Assembly: GCF_006345805.1 (NCBI RefSeq)
Contig: NC_043008.1
Coordinates: 66,216,001 to 66,280,000 of the forward strand
DNA length: 64,000 nt
Reading direction: 5' to 3'
Source: Octopus sinensis
Taxonomy: Eukaryota
The stretch's first letter is position 1. Every line of letters begins with the position of its first letter. The position numbers and the translations under genes were made by a program. Shown one piece after another: positions 63,241 through 64,000 of this stretch. The notes under the pieces are model-generated. The model searched no databases. It was not told the origin of the DNA and saw only the letters and a program-made list of their open reading frames with translations.

Positions 63241-64000
63241 ATCCTTAAATCCTTAAATCCTTAAAAATGTTTTAGCCCGAAGGCCGCGGCCATGCTGGGG
63301 CACCACCGCTGAATGAGCTACACTAATATGTGAATCCACCTCTGATACGTGGCACTAGATCAACAAGGGAGTTCGATGCTGCTGCTCGCATCTGCGTCTC
63401 CTGTCGTGAGGTAGGTTCATCTGGGACTCCCGACAAGAAGAGATCCATTTTAGTTTTAAAGAAACCCACATCCACACCATGTAAGTCTCTCAGGCATTTA
63501 GGGAGGATGTTAAAGAGCTGTGGTCCTCTGAAACCCAGCTGTTGCAGTATCTGGACCTGTATTTTGATGGTGATGTTGGAATCTTTGGCACCATGCAGTG
63601 GCGCCCCGTTCTGTGGTTGGGGTAACTTTGAATGCCAAAGTTTGGGACAAGACCCACCAGGATTTTCCAGATGTATATCACCGCATATCTCTCCTGCCTC
63701 CACTCTAGGGAGAAGAGGTTTAATACTTTTAGTCTTTCCCAGTAGCTGATATTTTGCATTGAGACGATCTTCTTTGTGTAGCTTCTCTGAATTGCTTCGA
63801 GTTCTGCTGTTAGTTTTATATTGTGTGGTGACCATAGTTGGGAGCAGTAGTCCAAGCGGCTGAGGACGAATGTTTTCCATAGGATCATCAGTGTCTCCTT
63901 CTCTCTTGTTCTGAAAGTTCGGCGAATCTATCCAGCTAGCTGTCTGCATTTTATCACCAGATTAGTAATATGCACTTGGAAAGATGCATCATTGCTCATG
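63241..64000 (-). mobile_element. CR1-clade LINE 3' end with (AAGGATTT)n tail
   Basis: FVLSRLDYCSQLWSP...LEAIQRSYTK...YWERLKVLNLFSLE; GPQLFNILP...FKTKMDLFLSGVPDEP...AASNSL; runs off the window end. Confidence 0.9.

Overview
AT-rich, microsatellite-saturated eukaryotic DNA, most likely an Octopus (cephalopod) genome. This is inferred from base composition and the tRNA-SINE/RTE repeat families; no search was run. I recognise no host protein-coding gene, and almost all ORFs in the supplied track are microsatellite or SINE read-throughs. Real coding remnants are all transposon-derived: one uninterrupted 576-codon RTE-clade reverse transcriptase (54886-56616, minus), decayed RTE, BovB-like, CR1 and R4/Dong-like LINE pieces, and a Chapaev3-like transposase remnant. 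A CCAAT+TATA promoter-like region with a possible first exon lies at about 1480-2280. The most striking signal is a set of hammerhead ribozyme (HHR) motifs carried by several unrelated small elements inserted at (TA)n tracts. Two have fully canonical cores (10204-10240 plus; 31929-32019 minus). One is embedded in a Pol III tRNA-headed SINE (29717-30036). One has a U4G core change (42573-42655). A multi-copy family carries a shared CUGU(G/U)GA core variant, and an ~800-bp direct-repeat element looks retrozyme-like. Other notable structures are nested insertions at SINE-internal (TA)n, SINE and LINE-tail tandem arrays, a 332-bp inverted duplication bracketed by 44-bp inverted repeats, a dense forkhead-site cluster, and a LINE/SINE 3' hairpin with compensatory changes. 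All folds and alignments were done by eye, and the ends of degenerate repeats are approximate.
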